From: Phycisphaeraceae bacterium
GTDB taxonomy: Bacteria > Planctomycetota > Phycisphaerae > Phycisphaerales > Phycisphaeraceae
NCBI GenBank assembly: GCA_963674705.1
Contig: OY771506.1
Span: 160,001 to 224,000, forward strand
Reading direction: 5' to 3'
Length of the DNA: 64,000 bases
Every line of letters starts with the position of its first letter. Position 1 is the first letter of the stretch. The translations under genes and the position numbers were made by a program. The notes under the pieces are model-generated. The model was not told where the DNA came from. It made no database searches and worked only from the letters and a program-made list of their open reading frames with translations. Below, one piece after another: positions 48,736-57,968 of this stretch.

Positions 48736-50478
48736 TCATGCAGCGTCAGCCACATCCTGTGCGACGACTTCCTGATCGTTCTGTGTCACACGCAAGACTT
48801 CCTCGAGCGAACTCTTGCCCTGTAGTGCGATTGCAACACCCTCTTCACGCAATGAAAGCCCGCCGTGTTGACGGATCTTGTCTCGCAGTTCATGTGTGGG
48901 AGCACCACGGTGAACCATCCGACGCAGCTCGGGGCTGACCTCCATCACCTCATAGACACCGATACGTCCCGCGAAGCCGGAGTTATGACATCGCTGGCAC
49001 CCCCCACCCTTCTGGAAGGCGCGGCCGGCGTACTCTTCGATCCCCGCATCCTGGAGCACGTGTTCAGCCGGGTAGTACTTGGTTCGGCATCCGGAACAGA
49101 TCGTTCGGCACAAGCGCTGGGCGACCACACCGTTGATCGCGCTGGACAACAAGTAAGGCTCGACGTTCATATCCAACAAACGAGCAACAGCGCCCGGCGC
49201 ATCATTGGTATGCAGCGTGGCAAGAACGAGGTGGCCGGTCAAAGCGGCCTGAACAGCGACGCGCGCTGTAATCTCATCACGGATCTCACCAATCATGATG
49301 ATGTCCGGGTCCTGACGCAGAATACTTCGCAGTGCGGCGGCGAAGCTGAGGCCGATCGAATCCTGCACATGGATCTGATTGATCAGGTCCATCTGATATT
49401 CAACCGGGTCTTCAACCGTCACAATATTTCGTTCCGGGCTGCGCAACAGATCGAGCGCTGAATAAAGCGTGGTGGTTTTGCCACTGCCGGTCGGGCCCGT
49501 AACCAGTACAAGTCCGTGTGGCTGACGGAGCATACGTTTAAATGCTTCCAGCCCGTCGTGACGGATGCCAAGGTCCTCCATCTTCACATGAAGATTGGCC
49601 TTATCCAAGACACGCACCACCAGTTTCTCACCGAGTAGCGTTGGCATGCTGGAGACACGCAGATCGATCTCGCGTCCTTCGGCAACGAGACGGACGCGGC
49701 CTTCCTGTGGCAAGCGTTTTTCGGCAATGTCCATCTTCCCGATGACTTTGACACGCGAAACGATCGCGGCGTGCATACCCGGCGGCGGCTTCATCAGGTC
49801 GCGTAACAGGCCGTCGATGCGGTAACGGATGCGCGTGCCCTTCTTGTCGGGCTCAATGTGGATGTCGCTGGCTTTGTCACGGATCGCGGTCAGCAAAGCA
49901 ACATTCACCAGGTTGATGATCGGGCTGCCCTCGACCATCTGATCTAAGTCCGTCGTCGGTCCTTCATCGATCGTCTCACGTTCGACCACCTCGACATCGG
50001 ATTCCACCAGCGAGGTCAAGAACGCATCAACGTCGACATCACCGCCTGCATACTTCTTGACGAACTCGAGGATGTTCGATTCCATCGCCAAGACGGGGCG
50101 GATCTTGCAGCCGGTGAGACGGCTAAGCCGATCGATCGTCGGCAGGCTTTGTGGTTCTGCCATCGCGACGGTCATTGTGTCGTGGATCCGGAACATCGGA
50201 ATGACTTTAAGCCGACGAGCTTCTTCATCACCGATATCTTTTAACAGCGCCGGATCGATCAGGCCGTGTCTCAGCACGCAGCCTTTGATTCCCTGACACC
50301 TTCCTAAGGCATTGATAAGGACATTGGGATTCACCACCCCTTGATCGACGAGCACTTCACCGAGCATCGCACCGGTGTTTTTCTGCGCAGCAAGAGCACG
50401 AGCGAGCTGCTCTTTGGAAAGAGCACCTGCTTCAATCAGCGCCTCACCAAGGCGAGGTCTGTGCCCTTGCTCGGTCAA
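48736..50478 (-). CDS. PilB/GspE/MshE assembly ATPase with N-terminal MshEN c-di-GMP-binding motif
   Basis: [62 protein letters not shown]. Confidence 0.96.
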   Translation of the reverse strand: MTEQGHRPRLGEALIEAGALSKEQLARALAAQKNTGAMLGEVLVDQGVVNPNVLINALGRCQGIKGCVLRHGLIDPALLKDIGDEEARRLKVIPMFRIHDTMTVAMAEPQSLPTIDRLSRLTGCKIRPVLAMESNILEFVKKYAGGDVDVDAFLTSLVESDVEVVERETIDEGPTTDLDQMVEGSPIINLVNVALLTAIRDKASDIHIEPDKKGTRIRYRIDGLLRDLMKPPPGMHAAIVSRVKVIGKMDIAEKRLPQEGRVRLVAEGREIDLRVSSMPTLLGEKLVVRVLDKANLHVKMEDLGIRHDGLEAFKRMLRQPHGLVLVTGPTGSGKTTTLYSALDLLRSPERNIVTVEDPVEYQMDLINQIHVQDSIGLSFAAALRSILRQDPDIIMIGEIRDEITARVAVQAALTGHLVLATLHTNDAPGAVARLLDMNVEPYLLSSAINGVVAQRLCRTICSGCRTKYYPAEHVLQDAGIEEYAGRAFQKGGGCQRCHNSGFAGRIGVYEVMEVSPELRRMVHRGAPTHELRDKIRQHGGLSLREEGVAIALQGKSSLEEVLRVTQNDQEVVAQDVADAA

Positions 50479-50810
50479 TGGAAGCTCCTTAACGCCGAGT
50501 TCGTGTCATCAAAATGGTCAAAGCGATTTCCCAGGCCAGTGAGGTCTAGGATCTCACGGATGGTTTCGTTGATCGCACACAATTTCAATGCGCGGCCACC
50601 CGCTGCCAGCGTGTCATTGGCTTCGACCAATACCTCAAGCCCCCGGCTATCAACGAACGGTACCTTCGTAAGGTCCACAACCACACGGCCGGAACTCTCC
50701 GCAAGCACCTCGGTGAGTTTGTTCTTGAACTGTTCGGCGTCGTCCTGGCTTAACGCGCCGTCCGGCTCAAGTACCGTCACCGCTCCCTGTGTCTGCTCGT
50801 TGATCTGCAT
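50475..50810 (-). CDS. STAS domain anti-sigma-factor antagonist
   Basis: VVVDLTKVPFVDSRGL with the conserved phospho-Ser; ILDLTGL; overlaps the ATPase start. Confidence 0.9.
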   Translation of the reverse strand: MQINEQTQGAVTVLEPDGALSQDDAEQFKNKLTEVLAESSGRVVVDLTKVPFVDSRGLEVLVEANDTLAAGGRALKLCAINETIREILDLTGLGNRFDHFDDTNSALRSFH

Positions 50811-50816
50811 TACTAC

Positions 50817-52661
50817 TTATGCCGCCTCTGCGTTATATGGCAGGTACAGTGTGAACGTACTGCCTTGATTCAGTTCGGAACTGGCCTCGATATCACCGCC
50901 ATGACGGCGCACAATCTCCCGAGCGATCGGCAAACCAAGTCCCGTGCCGACGATCTCAGATACGCGGCTATCCTTGGCTCGATAGAACCGATCAAAAATT
51001 TTCTCTAACTCCTCCTTGTCGATACCAATGCCTTTATCCTTGATCGCAACTGTGAGTTTGCCATTATTGGCGGTAACACTGACAGTGACTTCACCGCCGG
51101 CAGAGGAATACTTGATTGCATTACCCACCAGGTTGTGCAGAGAGATTGCCAGCTTGTCGCGGTCTCCTTGGATAACAGGCAGCTTGGGTGGCAGGTCAAA
51201 CTTGAGGCTGATCTTCTTCTCCTCCGCCTGCTGACGGAAGTCGTGTCCGATCGTTTCAAAAAGATCATCCAAGCGGATATCGTCGTGGCGCAGGGTCATC
51301 GATCCGGCCTCAATCTCAGAGACCGAGAGCATGTCGTTAACCACCTGGGCAAGGCGCTGCGTCTCCTGATTGATCACATTCAGACAACGGCCGCGTAACT
51401 CGGCATCGTCCTCGCCGTCGTCTACTGCGGCTTCGACGTTCAGGCTGATGTTTGTCAGCGGTGTACGCAGCTCATGGGCAACCTGTGCCACAAAGTTTCG
51501 CCGTGTCTCTTCTGCGATACGGTTTTGCGTGATATCTTCGATGACAACCAGAACACTCCTGCTGGCTCCCTCACCCGTGACACGGATGCTGTATCGAAGT
51601 GCTTCAATCCGGCCGTGATTATCATGCTCGACATTAATCGAGCGCCGTCGACCATCAGCGTTATGAATCACCTCATTGATCGCATTGGCAATCTGCTCAT
51701 CATCAAAGACATCCGTTACTTCACTGTTAACCAGGTTGTCACGCGAGGACTTCAGCAGCACCGCTGCCGCGCCGTTGGCATAAGTAATGCGTTTTGCGAT
51801 ATTGACCATAACAACGCCATGCCACAATGCGTCACCGATCAGCCCAAACGAACCCGCACCGGTCTGCCCATTAGCAGCTGAGTCAAGAGCTCGGTCCAGC
51901 ATGCTTGCACGGTCTTCTTCGTCGCGCTGCTGCACCAAACGGTTCCAGACATGGGCCTCGGGCCCCATCGCATCACTTATCTTCAATGCCTTGGCGTCCA
52001 CTTCACCCTGTTCCAGTGACAGCAGGGCTTCGCGGATCATGGCATAGGGCACGACACGCGACTTAGCAGGACGCCAGAGAAACATGAACAGGATGAGGAT
52101 GGCGCCGATGATTCCCGCGGTAACCACGGATGTCATCCCCGCTTCCCAAGTAGATTCGCCGGTTAGTGCGGCGACACGCAGGATCACCGTCCCACGGCCT
52201 GGCAGTTGTATCGGATAAATAATCGTCAACGTACCATCGTCTATCTGCTGGGATACATCATCCGTAGCCGATCCGCCTTCCCAGGTATCGGGCAAAGCAC
52301 TGACCGTGGCATTGGCCGGATCCATATCCGCGAGGATCGAGCCATCGGGCAACTCTATACGGCAGACTTCAAACGCAGCCTGATTGGCGGATTCAGCAAG
52401 CAACCTGCGAGTTGCAGTCAGATCGCCACCAGACAGCATTGCATGAGTGCTGTCGGCCAGTAGTTGTGAGATTGAAACGATTCGGGCCGTAGTCGCACTG
52501 ACCACAGCGGTTCGCTCGGCGCGCACAGACCACCAGCCCATCAAACACAGACCAACCAGAACCGCGGCAACCATCGTGCCGAGGATCGGCCCGATCATGG
52601 TTTCCACCGGTCCCAGTTTCAGTAACTTCCTGGTGTCGGTCCCTTCACCCGGTTCCAACAT
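50817..52661 (-). CDS. Membrane PAS sensor histidine kinase
   Basis: Two TM segments; PAS (ITYANGAA); VAHELRTPL; NLVGNAIKY; DKGIGI; GTGLGL. Confidence 0.93.
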   Translation of the reverse strand: MLEPGEGTDTRKLLKLGPVETMIGPILGTMVAAVLVGLCLMGWWSVRAERTAVVSATTARIVSISQLLADSTHAMLSGGDLTATRRLLAESANQAAFEVCRIELPDGSILADMDPANATVSALPDTWEGGSATDDVSQQIDDGTLTIIYPIQLPGRGTVILRVAALTGESTWEAGMTSVVTAGIIGAILILFMFLWRPAKSRVVPYAMIREALLSLEQGEVDAKALKISDAMGPEAHVWNRLVQQRDEEDRASMLDRALDSAANGQTGAGSFGLIGDALWHGVVMVNIAKRITYANGAAAVLLKSSRDNLVNSEVTDVFDDEQIANAINEVIHNADGRRRSINVEHDNHGRIEALRYSIRVTGEGASRSVLVVIEDITQNRIAEETRRNFVAQVAHELRTPLTNISLNVEAAVDDGEDDAELRGRCLNVINQETQRLAQVVNDMLSVSEIEAGSMTLRHDDIRLDDLFETIGHDFRQQAEEKKISLKFDLPPKLPVIQGDRDKLAISLHNLVGNAIKYSSAGGEVTVSVTANNGKLTVAIKDKGIGIDKEELEKIFDRFYRAKDSRVSEIVGTGLGLPIAREIVRRHGGDIEASSELNQGSTFTLYLPYNAEAA

Positions 52662-52712
52662 AGCCTCCTCCTTCAGGAGCAGCCGCGATAACTCTTGGCT
52701 ACTTCCTGAGGA

Positions 52713-52739
52713 ATATCGGCAAGAGAGTAGTAGGTCTGA
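52713..52739 (-). promoter_or_regulatory. sigma28/FliA-like promoter of the kinase-STAS-pilus operon
   Basis: Minus strand TCAG-N15-GCCGATAT, about 50 nt upstream of the kinase ATG. Confidence 0.6.
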
Positions 52740-52983
52740 GGTAGGGCTTGCCTACTATGTGAAAGGTTTGCTGTCCGGTAATCACCCCCGGATCGTTATA
52801 AACCGTACCGCTCTACCGATAACCGGGTGAATCGTTAAGCGTGATGTTTATAACTTTTTACGGACGTTGCTAAATTGCACCTATATCGCAACGTAAGCGC
52901 ACAGGTTAAACCTCGTGCTATCGCACGGGTTAACCACATATTTGTAGTATCTGATAAATGTGTGTTACCGCAGCTGATCAGGA

Positions 52984-53679
52984 TCAATACGGTGACATCG
53001 TCTCGTAGCGATAGGTCATCCGATCAGGATCAAATGCATCGAAAACGGCGACGTGTCCGTCAGCAAACGCGGTGTTTAACATGCCATCATGATGCGGCGC
53101 CCAGTGGTCATCATCCTGAGCAAATACCTGTGTCAGGAAAGTGTAATCATCCTTGTCGGCATCGGTCAACGGACCGAGGTCACTGAAACCGCTGAAGTTG
53201 TTGTCGCCGGTGATAACGAAGCTGTCCGGGAAACGAACCTTCTCACGGTCAACAGCAGCGAATTGTTCGCCGGCATCAACATAAGCGGCACGGGCGCCCA
53301 AGAAGTAGTGGAACGGGCTCTTCAGCGGATACGCGCCGCAACCCGACAGTACGTCCTTCTCGGGCAGATATGACACAACCTGTTGCATCCAAGACGGCAT
53401 CTTGGTTTCAGGATCAACCTCTTCCCACGGGACCAAACCCCCAGCGATGGTGTAAAGGCTGTCATTGTCGTCAGCGTATTGGTTCAAGCCGTCATCGATG
53501 CGCTTAAGCTGGATTGAGCAACCGATCTGTCGGGACGCGGAACGCACGCCACGGAAAGATGGCAGCAGCAGCACCATGAGGATCCCCAGAGCGACGATCA
53601 TCACCAGCATCTCGATGAACGAATATCCCTCGCGGGCAACCGTTCTATCAGTGCGTGATTGTTTTACATTCGACTTCAT
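52984..53679 (-). CDS. DUF1559-like prepilin with H-X9-DG motif
   Basis: G|YSFIEMLVMIVALGILMVLLLP...C..QLKRI; HDGMLNTAFADGHV. Confidence 0.85.
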   Translation of the reverse strand: MKSNVKQSRTDRTVAREGYSFIEMLVMIVALGILMVLLLPSFRGVRSASRQIGCSIQLKRIDDGLNQYADDNDSLYTIAGGLVPWEEVDPETKMPSWMQQVVSYLPEKDVLSGCGAYPLKSPFHYFLGARAAYVDAGEQFAAVDREKVRFPDSFVITGDNNFSGFSDLGPLTDADKDDYTFLTQVFAQDDDHWAPHHDGMLNTAFADGHVAVFDAFDPDRMTYRYETMSPY

Positions 53680-53830
53680 GATGGTGTTACACCTCAGTGT
53701 GGTCGTACTAATACCCCAGTTCTACGGTCGGTCATTATAGCCTATCTTTCCACCTGTCACTACTGATATCGACGATTTGGGCCCGAAAAGTCCACGTCCA
53801 AATACCTGTTATCGGGTTAAAAATCAGTAA

Positions 53831-54415
53831 TTATTCGTTACAGAGCTTAGTATCGATAACCTCGCACATACTGTGGTAAAGCACCTGGTGGGCCTCCTGA
53901 ATCCTCGCTGAGGCTTCGTTCTGGACGATTATCTCCACCTGGGCCATCCCACGGGCTTTCCCGCCATCCCTACCCAGAAACGCCAAAGTCGCCAGATTCA
54001 ACGATTTGGCCTCTTCAAGGGCACGAACGATATTGGATGAATTCCCGCTGGTTGTGAGTACCAGCAGCACATCCCCGGGACGGCCGTAGGCCTGTACCTG
54101 GCGGGCAAAAATATTATCAAAGCCATAGTCGTTACTTACCGCGGTTAGCGTGCTAGGCGACTCGGTGAGGGCGATTGCGGGATAACCCTTACGATCCTGG
54201 ACAAACCGCCCTACAATCTCGGCCGCGATATGCCCGGCATCAGCGGCACTCCCCCCGTTGCCACAGATCAGCAGCTTATTGCCCTCCAGAAGAGCATCCA
54301 CGATTATTTGCGCCGCACGCCCCAGAGCCTCAGTATGCTGACTGAGATTCTGGATCGTCCGTACCGTGTCTGCGATGTTTCGTTCGAGGATGTCTTTGGC
54401 GTTGAGTTCGTTCAT
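53831..54415 (-). CDS. gmhA: D-sedoheptulose-7-phosphate isomerase (SIS)
   Basis: CGNGGSAADAGH, NDYGF..FARQV, TSGNS and ARIQEAH. Confidence 0.92.
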   Translation of the reverse strand: MNELNAKDILERNIADTVRTIQNLSQHTEALGRAAQIIVDALLEGNKLLICGNGGSAADAGHIAAEIVGRFVQDRKGYPAIALTESPSTLTAVSNDYGFDNIFARQVQAYGRPGDVLLVLTTSGNSSNIVRALEEAKSLNLATLAFLGRDGGKARGMAQVEIIVQNEASARIQEAHQVLYHSMCEVIDTKLCNE

Positions 54416-54454
54416 ATCTTTGGTTTTGAATACTTCTTTAAATTCTGTTGCTGT

Positions 54455-55549
54455 TTATCGCAGGCGGTCCAACAGATTGGCCAAAACGACACGGTTGTCG
54501 CCGCAGATGTAGTCGAGTGTACCGCCCATCCGGGCGAAGCTCTTGCAGAACCGCAGGTAGTACGCGGGGCTGTCCTTGGGTGGTTCGCCTCGGGTCCAGT
54601 CCCAGCCGCCGGAGTCCTGCAGGTCGACCACGGTCATGTGGTGGTTCTCTACACACTTACCTTCCTGTGCCAGCAGATTATTCGCCAGACTCATCGCTTT
54701 TTCGAACACCTGCGGGCTCATGATCGCCGAGCCTACGCTGAGGTATACCCCGCCGGAAAGGTTCTTCACGCCCTGGGCGAAAATACGTGTATCTGTAGCA
54801 CTCGCCCGGCCGATCGCCCCGCCGTGAAACATCGGGTGATTGGTGATGATGTCGTAGCCGATGCCCGGATGGACGGTCAGCGGGATCCTATGCTGGAAAG
54901 AGCCGGCAAGTGCTGAGTACTTCTTATAAGGATGTTCGACCTTGTGTCTGCCGGTAGAAAGACTGAATCGCTTCATTACGGCAAGTAAATCGGCCCGGGC
55001 GGCAGTCAGGGAATCCGCGGGATTATCAGCAATCTGTTTAGCTAGTGCCTCAGGCTCGGGTAGCGTGTAGCCCTCTTCGTAAACCAACCGCCCTACTGCT
55101 TCGCCCCAGCCGATGCCCTCAGCCGCACCAATCAGCGCCGCAAGGTTCAGGTATCTGCCTGTCTCGTCCCATGTACCGAAGCACCCTTTGGGCGTGTTGT
55201 CACGGACGGACTCGCTGGACTTGCCGTGGTATGCAAACTCCCAATCATGGATGATGCCCGCACCCTGTGTGGCAAGGTGCGTAATAAGGCCGGTCTCCAG
55301 CAGTGCATTGACCAATGGGCCGCAGCCATTTTTGATAACGTGTGCCCCGTAAACGAGCATGACAGACGCGTTGCGTTCGCGTGCCTTGCGGATGCGGTCT
55401 GCCAAGCGTTCGACCTGGCCTCGCATCGCACCGGGTTCTGGTGGCGGAGCAGACGGATCGATCGCGTCCTGCTCAATCTGGATATAACTCTTGCGCTTGG
55501 CAAGCGGCAGGACACGGATCTGGCTGGGATCGATCGCTTCGTAAGGCAT
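54455..55549 (-). CDS. Deoxyhypusine-synthase-like fold protein (GSU2086-like family)
   Basis: GAHVIKNG, HLATQGAGIIHDWE, TVHPGIGYDI and VGSAIMSPQVFEKA; function unknown. Confidence 0.65.
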   Translation of the reverse strand: MPYEAIDPSQIRVLPLAKRKSYIQIEQDAIDPSAPPPEPGAMRGQVERLADRIRKARERNASVMLVYGAHVIKNGCGPLVNALLETGLITHLATQGAGIIHDWEFAYHGKSSESVRDNTPKGCFGTWDETGRYLNLAALIGAAEGIGWGEAVGRLVYEEGYTLPEPEALAKQIADNPADSLTAARADLLAVMKRFSLSTGRHKVEHPYKKYSALAGSFQHRIPLTVHPGIGYDIITNHPMFHGGAIGRASATDTRIFAQGVKNLSGGVYLSVGSAIMSPQVFEKAMSLANNLLAQEGKCVENHHMTVVDLQDSGGWDWTRGEPPKDSPAYYLRFCKSFARMGGTLDYICGDNRVVLANLLDRLR

Positions 55550-55656
55550 GGTTGGGTAACACGGTCTTTGTAAAACGAGTAGAAGTCAAATTCCGAAACA
55601 ATACCCCCTCGGGATAGTGGGTTCACGCCCAATATACCGATACGACGTCCTAAACG

Positions 55657-55682
55657 AAAAACCCCCGTCTTTCGACAGGGGC
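55657..55682 (-). terminator. Intrinsic terminator after the ACP gene
   Basis: Minus strand GCCCCTGTC-GAAA-GACGGGGGT followed by a T run. Confidence 0.8.
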
Positions 55683-55710
55683 TTCGGAGAAGAAACAGGT
55701 TATTGCCTGA

Positions 55711-55944
55711 TTACAGGTGCTTTTCGATAAAGGCGACAGCCGTGCTGATGTCTTTCACGCCCAAGGCGCCCTGCTCGTCCATCTCGATATCGAATTCTTC
55801 TTCAAATGCAGCGACCAGCTCGACGCTCTGGATCGATTCGGCGCCCAGATCTTCCACAAAACGTGAATCGTCTTTGACCATTGATTCATCGATCTTCAAG
55901 GTTTCCGCGGTCACTTTCTTAACACGTGCTAGGGTGTCTGACAT
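55711..55944 (-). CDS. Acyl carrier protein with atypical ESI phosphopantetheine motif
   Basis: RVKKV..L....SRFVEDLGAESIQSVELVAAFEEEFDIE; 77 aa, acidic; GAGGAG RBS. Confidence 0.85.
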   Translation of the reverse strand: MSDTLARVKKVTAETLKIDESMVKDDSRFVEDLGAESIQSVELVAAFEEEFDIEMDEQGALGVKDISTAVAFIEKHL

Positions 55945-55965
55945 AACGTATAGCTCCTCTCGGGT

Positions 55966-57951
55966 TTAAGCGTTGACGGTCAACGATTTTTTCAGTTTCT
56001 CGATACGGGTGCTCAGGTCCTCAATGGCCTGTTGCATTTGTTTTACGAACTTATTGCCATCATACGTGCCGCGAACCGCTTCGAAGTCGGCAGCCACGTC
56101 GTCCGGCGAACCATCCTGGCCGAAGCCGACCTGTGTCACCGTGTCGAATTCCTTGCCGGCGTCGATCAGGATCAGCTTCAGGAACTTGCTCTGATCGGTC
56201 AGCAACTGATCGGCAAGTTTCTCAGCATCATCAGCCTTGAGCTCGGTCTCGAAGACATGCTTGTATGCTTCGAGTACCCAGGCCCACTCATCTTCATCAT
56301 ACGCTGCAAGGATCGCATCGAGCGCCTTGTTGAATCCAGCGAGGTCAGCAACCTTGCCCGACTCGACATCTGCATACAGGCTTTCGAGCCGATCGGCGGG
56401 CATCATCTGGCCACCGATGTCGACCCACTTCTTGCTGTATACGGCATCCGGCGCAGCCGCCAATGCCTTATCCAGTGAATCGCCCTTCTCGATCGCCCTT
56501 TCAATCCGTGCAACGACCTTCTCGAGCAGGTAGGTGTGGATACCTGAGCGATAGTACTTCACGCCGCCACGCAGCAGTACACGTTTAACCTGCGCGCCTT
56601 CGATCGTGACGGTGTCGACGGACTTGTCGGTCTTGTCCATTAAAGCTTTGATCCGGTCGTGGCCGTTGATCATCCGGCCGACTACGAGCGGACAGAAGAC
56701 GTCGAACGTAATACGGTCTCGCTTGAAGCCTTCCTTGCGGCGGTCACGTGCGGGCCACTTCGCGCCGTCGCGGACGGTGCCGACGGTCGAAAGGTTCAGG
56801 CCGGGCACGACCATGCAGCGACCATCGTGAGCCGCTTCAATGTGGCTGAACGGCAGGTCCGACAGGTCGAACGTGCGTGTGTGCTTACCCAGCACAACGG
56901 AGAACGGACCGACGCGGCAGGGCCACATCATGTAGCTGAAGCTGCCGGTCTTGCAGCCGCGTTCGAGCTTGCCCTCGTGGACGGGACCTAGCTTGTACAT
57001 GTGGTTGGACTGGTTGGTACCGCTGCCCGCGTTGTAGAAGCTGAACATGCCGGCGATCAGCAGTGTGGACTTATGGTGAGTTACGGTGTAAGGCCCGGCG
57101 AAAATGCTGCATGCCTCGCCGTGGAAGCCTTCGCAGTTAGCGAAGAAAACAGAACCTTCCGCCGAGTACTGCTTACCAATCTGACAGCCTTGGCCGACGA
57201 AGCTCTTGCTGACGATCGCGCCTTCGGTGACCTTGGATGCTTCACCGATGATAAAGCCGTGGGCCTGGATGGCGTCGCCGATCAACGTCGGCGCCGCGGG
57301 ATCGGAGAGGATCGTGCCGTTGACCAGTGCATCAGCACCCCAGACAGTCGCGGCCGCGCCGATATTCACATCAACGATGCGTGACACGCCTGCGATCTTC
57401 GCACCGGCGCCGATCGTGCCGGTGTCGGACTTCACTGCTGCAATAGCTTGCTCAGCGTAAGCCTCAAGCTTCTTGATGAAGTTGGGCTTGTAGCGATGCA
57501 GACACAACAGGTATGCAAACTGGCTGGACATCTCGTTGAAGAGCTTGATCTCACGACCGCCGCCTTCGTTGAGGACTTCGATCTCGACACCGTTGCCAAA
57601 CGTCGCACCGGGATTGGTCTGCAGCACACCGACGTCCTCGATGCACGCACCGTCACCGATGCAATAGTTGGCGATGTGCGAACCGATGCGGGCGATACGG
57701 GCATTGTCACCGACCGTGCAGCTGATCAGCGTCGCTTCCTCGATGCCGCTGGGACGCTCGATGCCCGAGGCACAAGTGACGTTACCGGCCAATGAGCCGA
57801 TCTTCACTTCGCCCTCGAACACAACATCGTACACACGTGCCGGATCGAATCCGTCGGCGACCGAGACCTTGGCACCCTCGGCGAACCGGCAACCCTGTGC
57901 CTTGAGTTGCTCGATCTGACTTGCCGTCAGCGTTTGATAATTCTTACTCAT
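55966..57951 (-). CDS. DUF4954-family protein (hexapeptide/left-handed beta-helix-like repeats)
   Basis: FGNGVEIEVLNEGGGREI and FFANCEGFHGEACSIFAGPYTVTHHKSTLLIAGMFSFYNAGSGTNQSNHMYKLGP. Confidence 0.8.
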   Translation of the reverse strand: MSKNYQTLTASQIEQLKAQGCRFAEGAKVSVADGFDPARVYDVVFEGEVKIGSLAGNVTCASGIERPSGIEEATLISCTVGDNARIARIGSHIANYCIGDGACIEDVGVLQTNPGATFGNGVEIEVLNEGGGREIKLFNEMSSQFAYLLCLHRYKPNFIKKLEAYAEQAIAAVKSDTGTIGAGAKIAGVSRIVDVNIGAAATVWGADALVNGTILSDPAAPTLIGDAIQAHGFIIGEASKVTEGAIVSKSFVGQGCQIGKQYSAEGSVFFANCEGFHGEACSIFAGPYTVTHHKSTLLIAGMFSFYNAGSGTNQSNHMYKLGPVHEGKLERGCKTGSFSYMMWPCRVGPFSVVLGKHTRTFDLSDLPFSHIEAAHDGRCMVVPGLNLSTVGTVRDGAKWPARDRRKEGFKRDRITFDVFCPLVVGRMINGHDRIKALMDKTDKSVDTVTIEGAQVKRVLLRGGVKYYRSGIHTYLLEKVVARIERAIEKGDSLDKALAAAPDAVYSKKWVDIGGQMMPADRLESLYADVESGKVADLAGFNKALDAILAAYDEDEWAWVLEAYKHVFETELKADDAEKLADQLLTDQSKFLKLILIDAGKEFDTVTQVGFGQDGSPDDVAADFEAVRGTYDGNKFVKQMQQAIEDLSTRIEKLKKSLTVNA

Positions 57952-57968
57952 AACTCATTACCTTTCAG

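Noticed and set aside
52662..52983. c-di-GMP riboswitch upstream of the pilus operon
   Set aside because: I could not find the GEMM two-hairpin consensus here or at 44497-44650 by eye. An Rfam scan would be needed to exclude it.
52984..53679. DUF1559 prepilin as part of the pilus operon
   Set aside because: It is separated by about 320 nt that includes the operon's candidate promoter, and it belongs to a large dispersed planctomycete family, so the linkage may be incidental.
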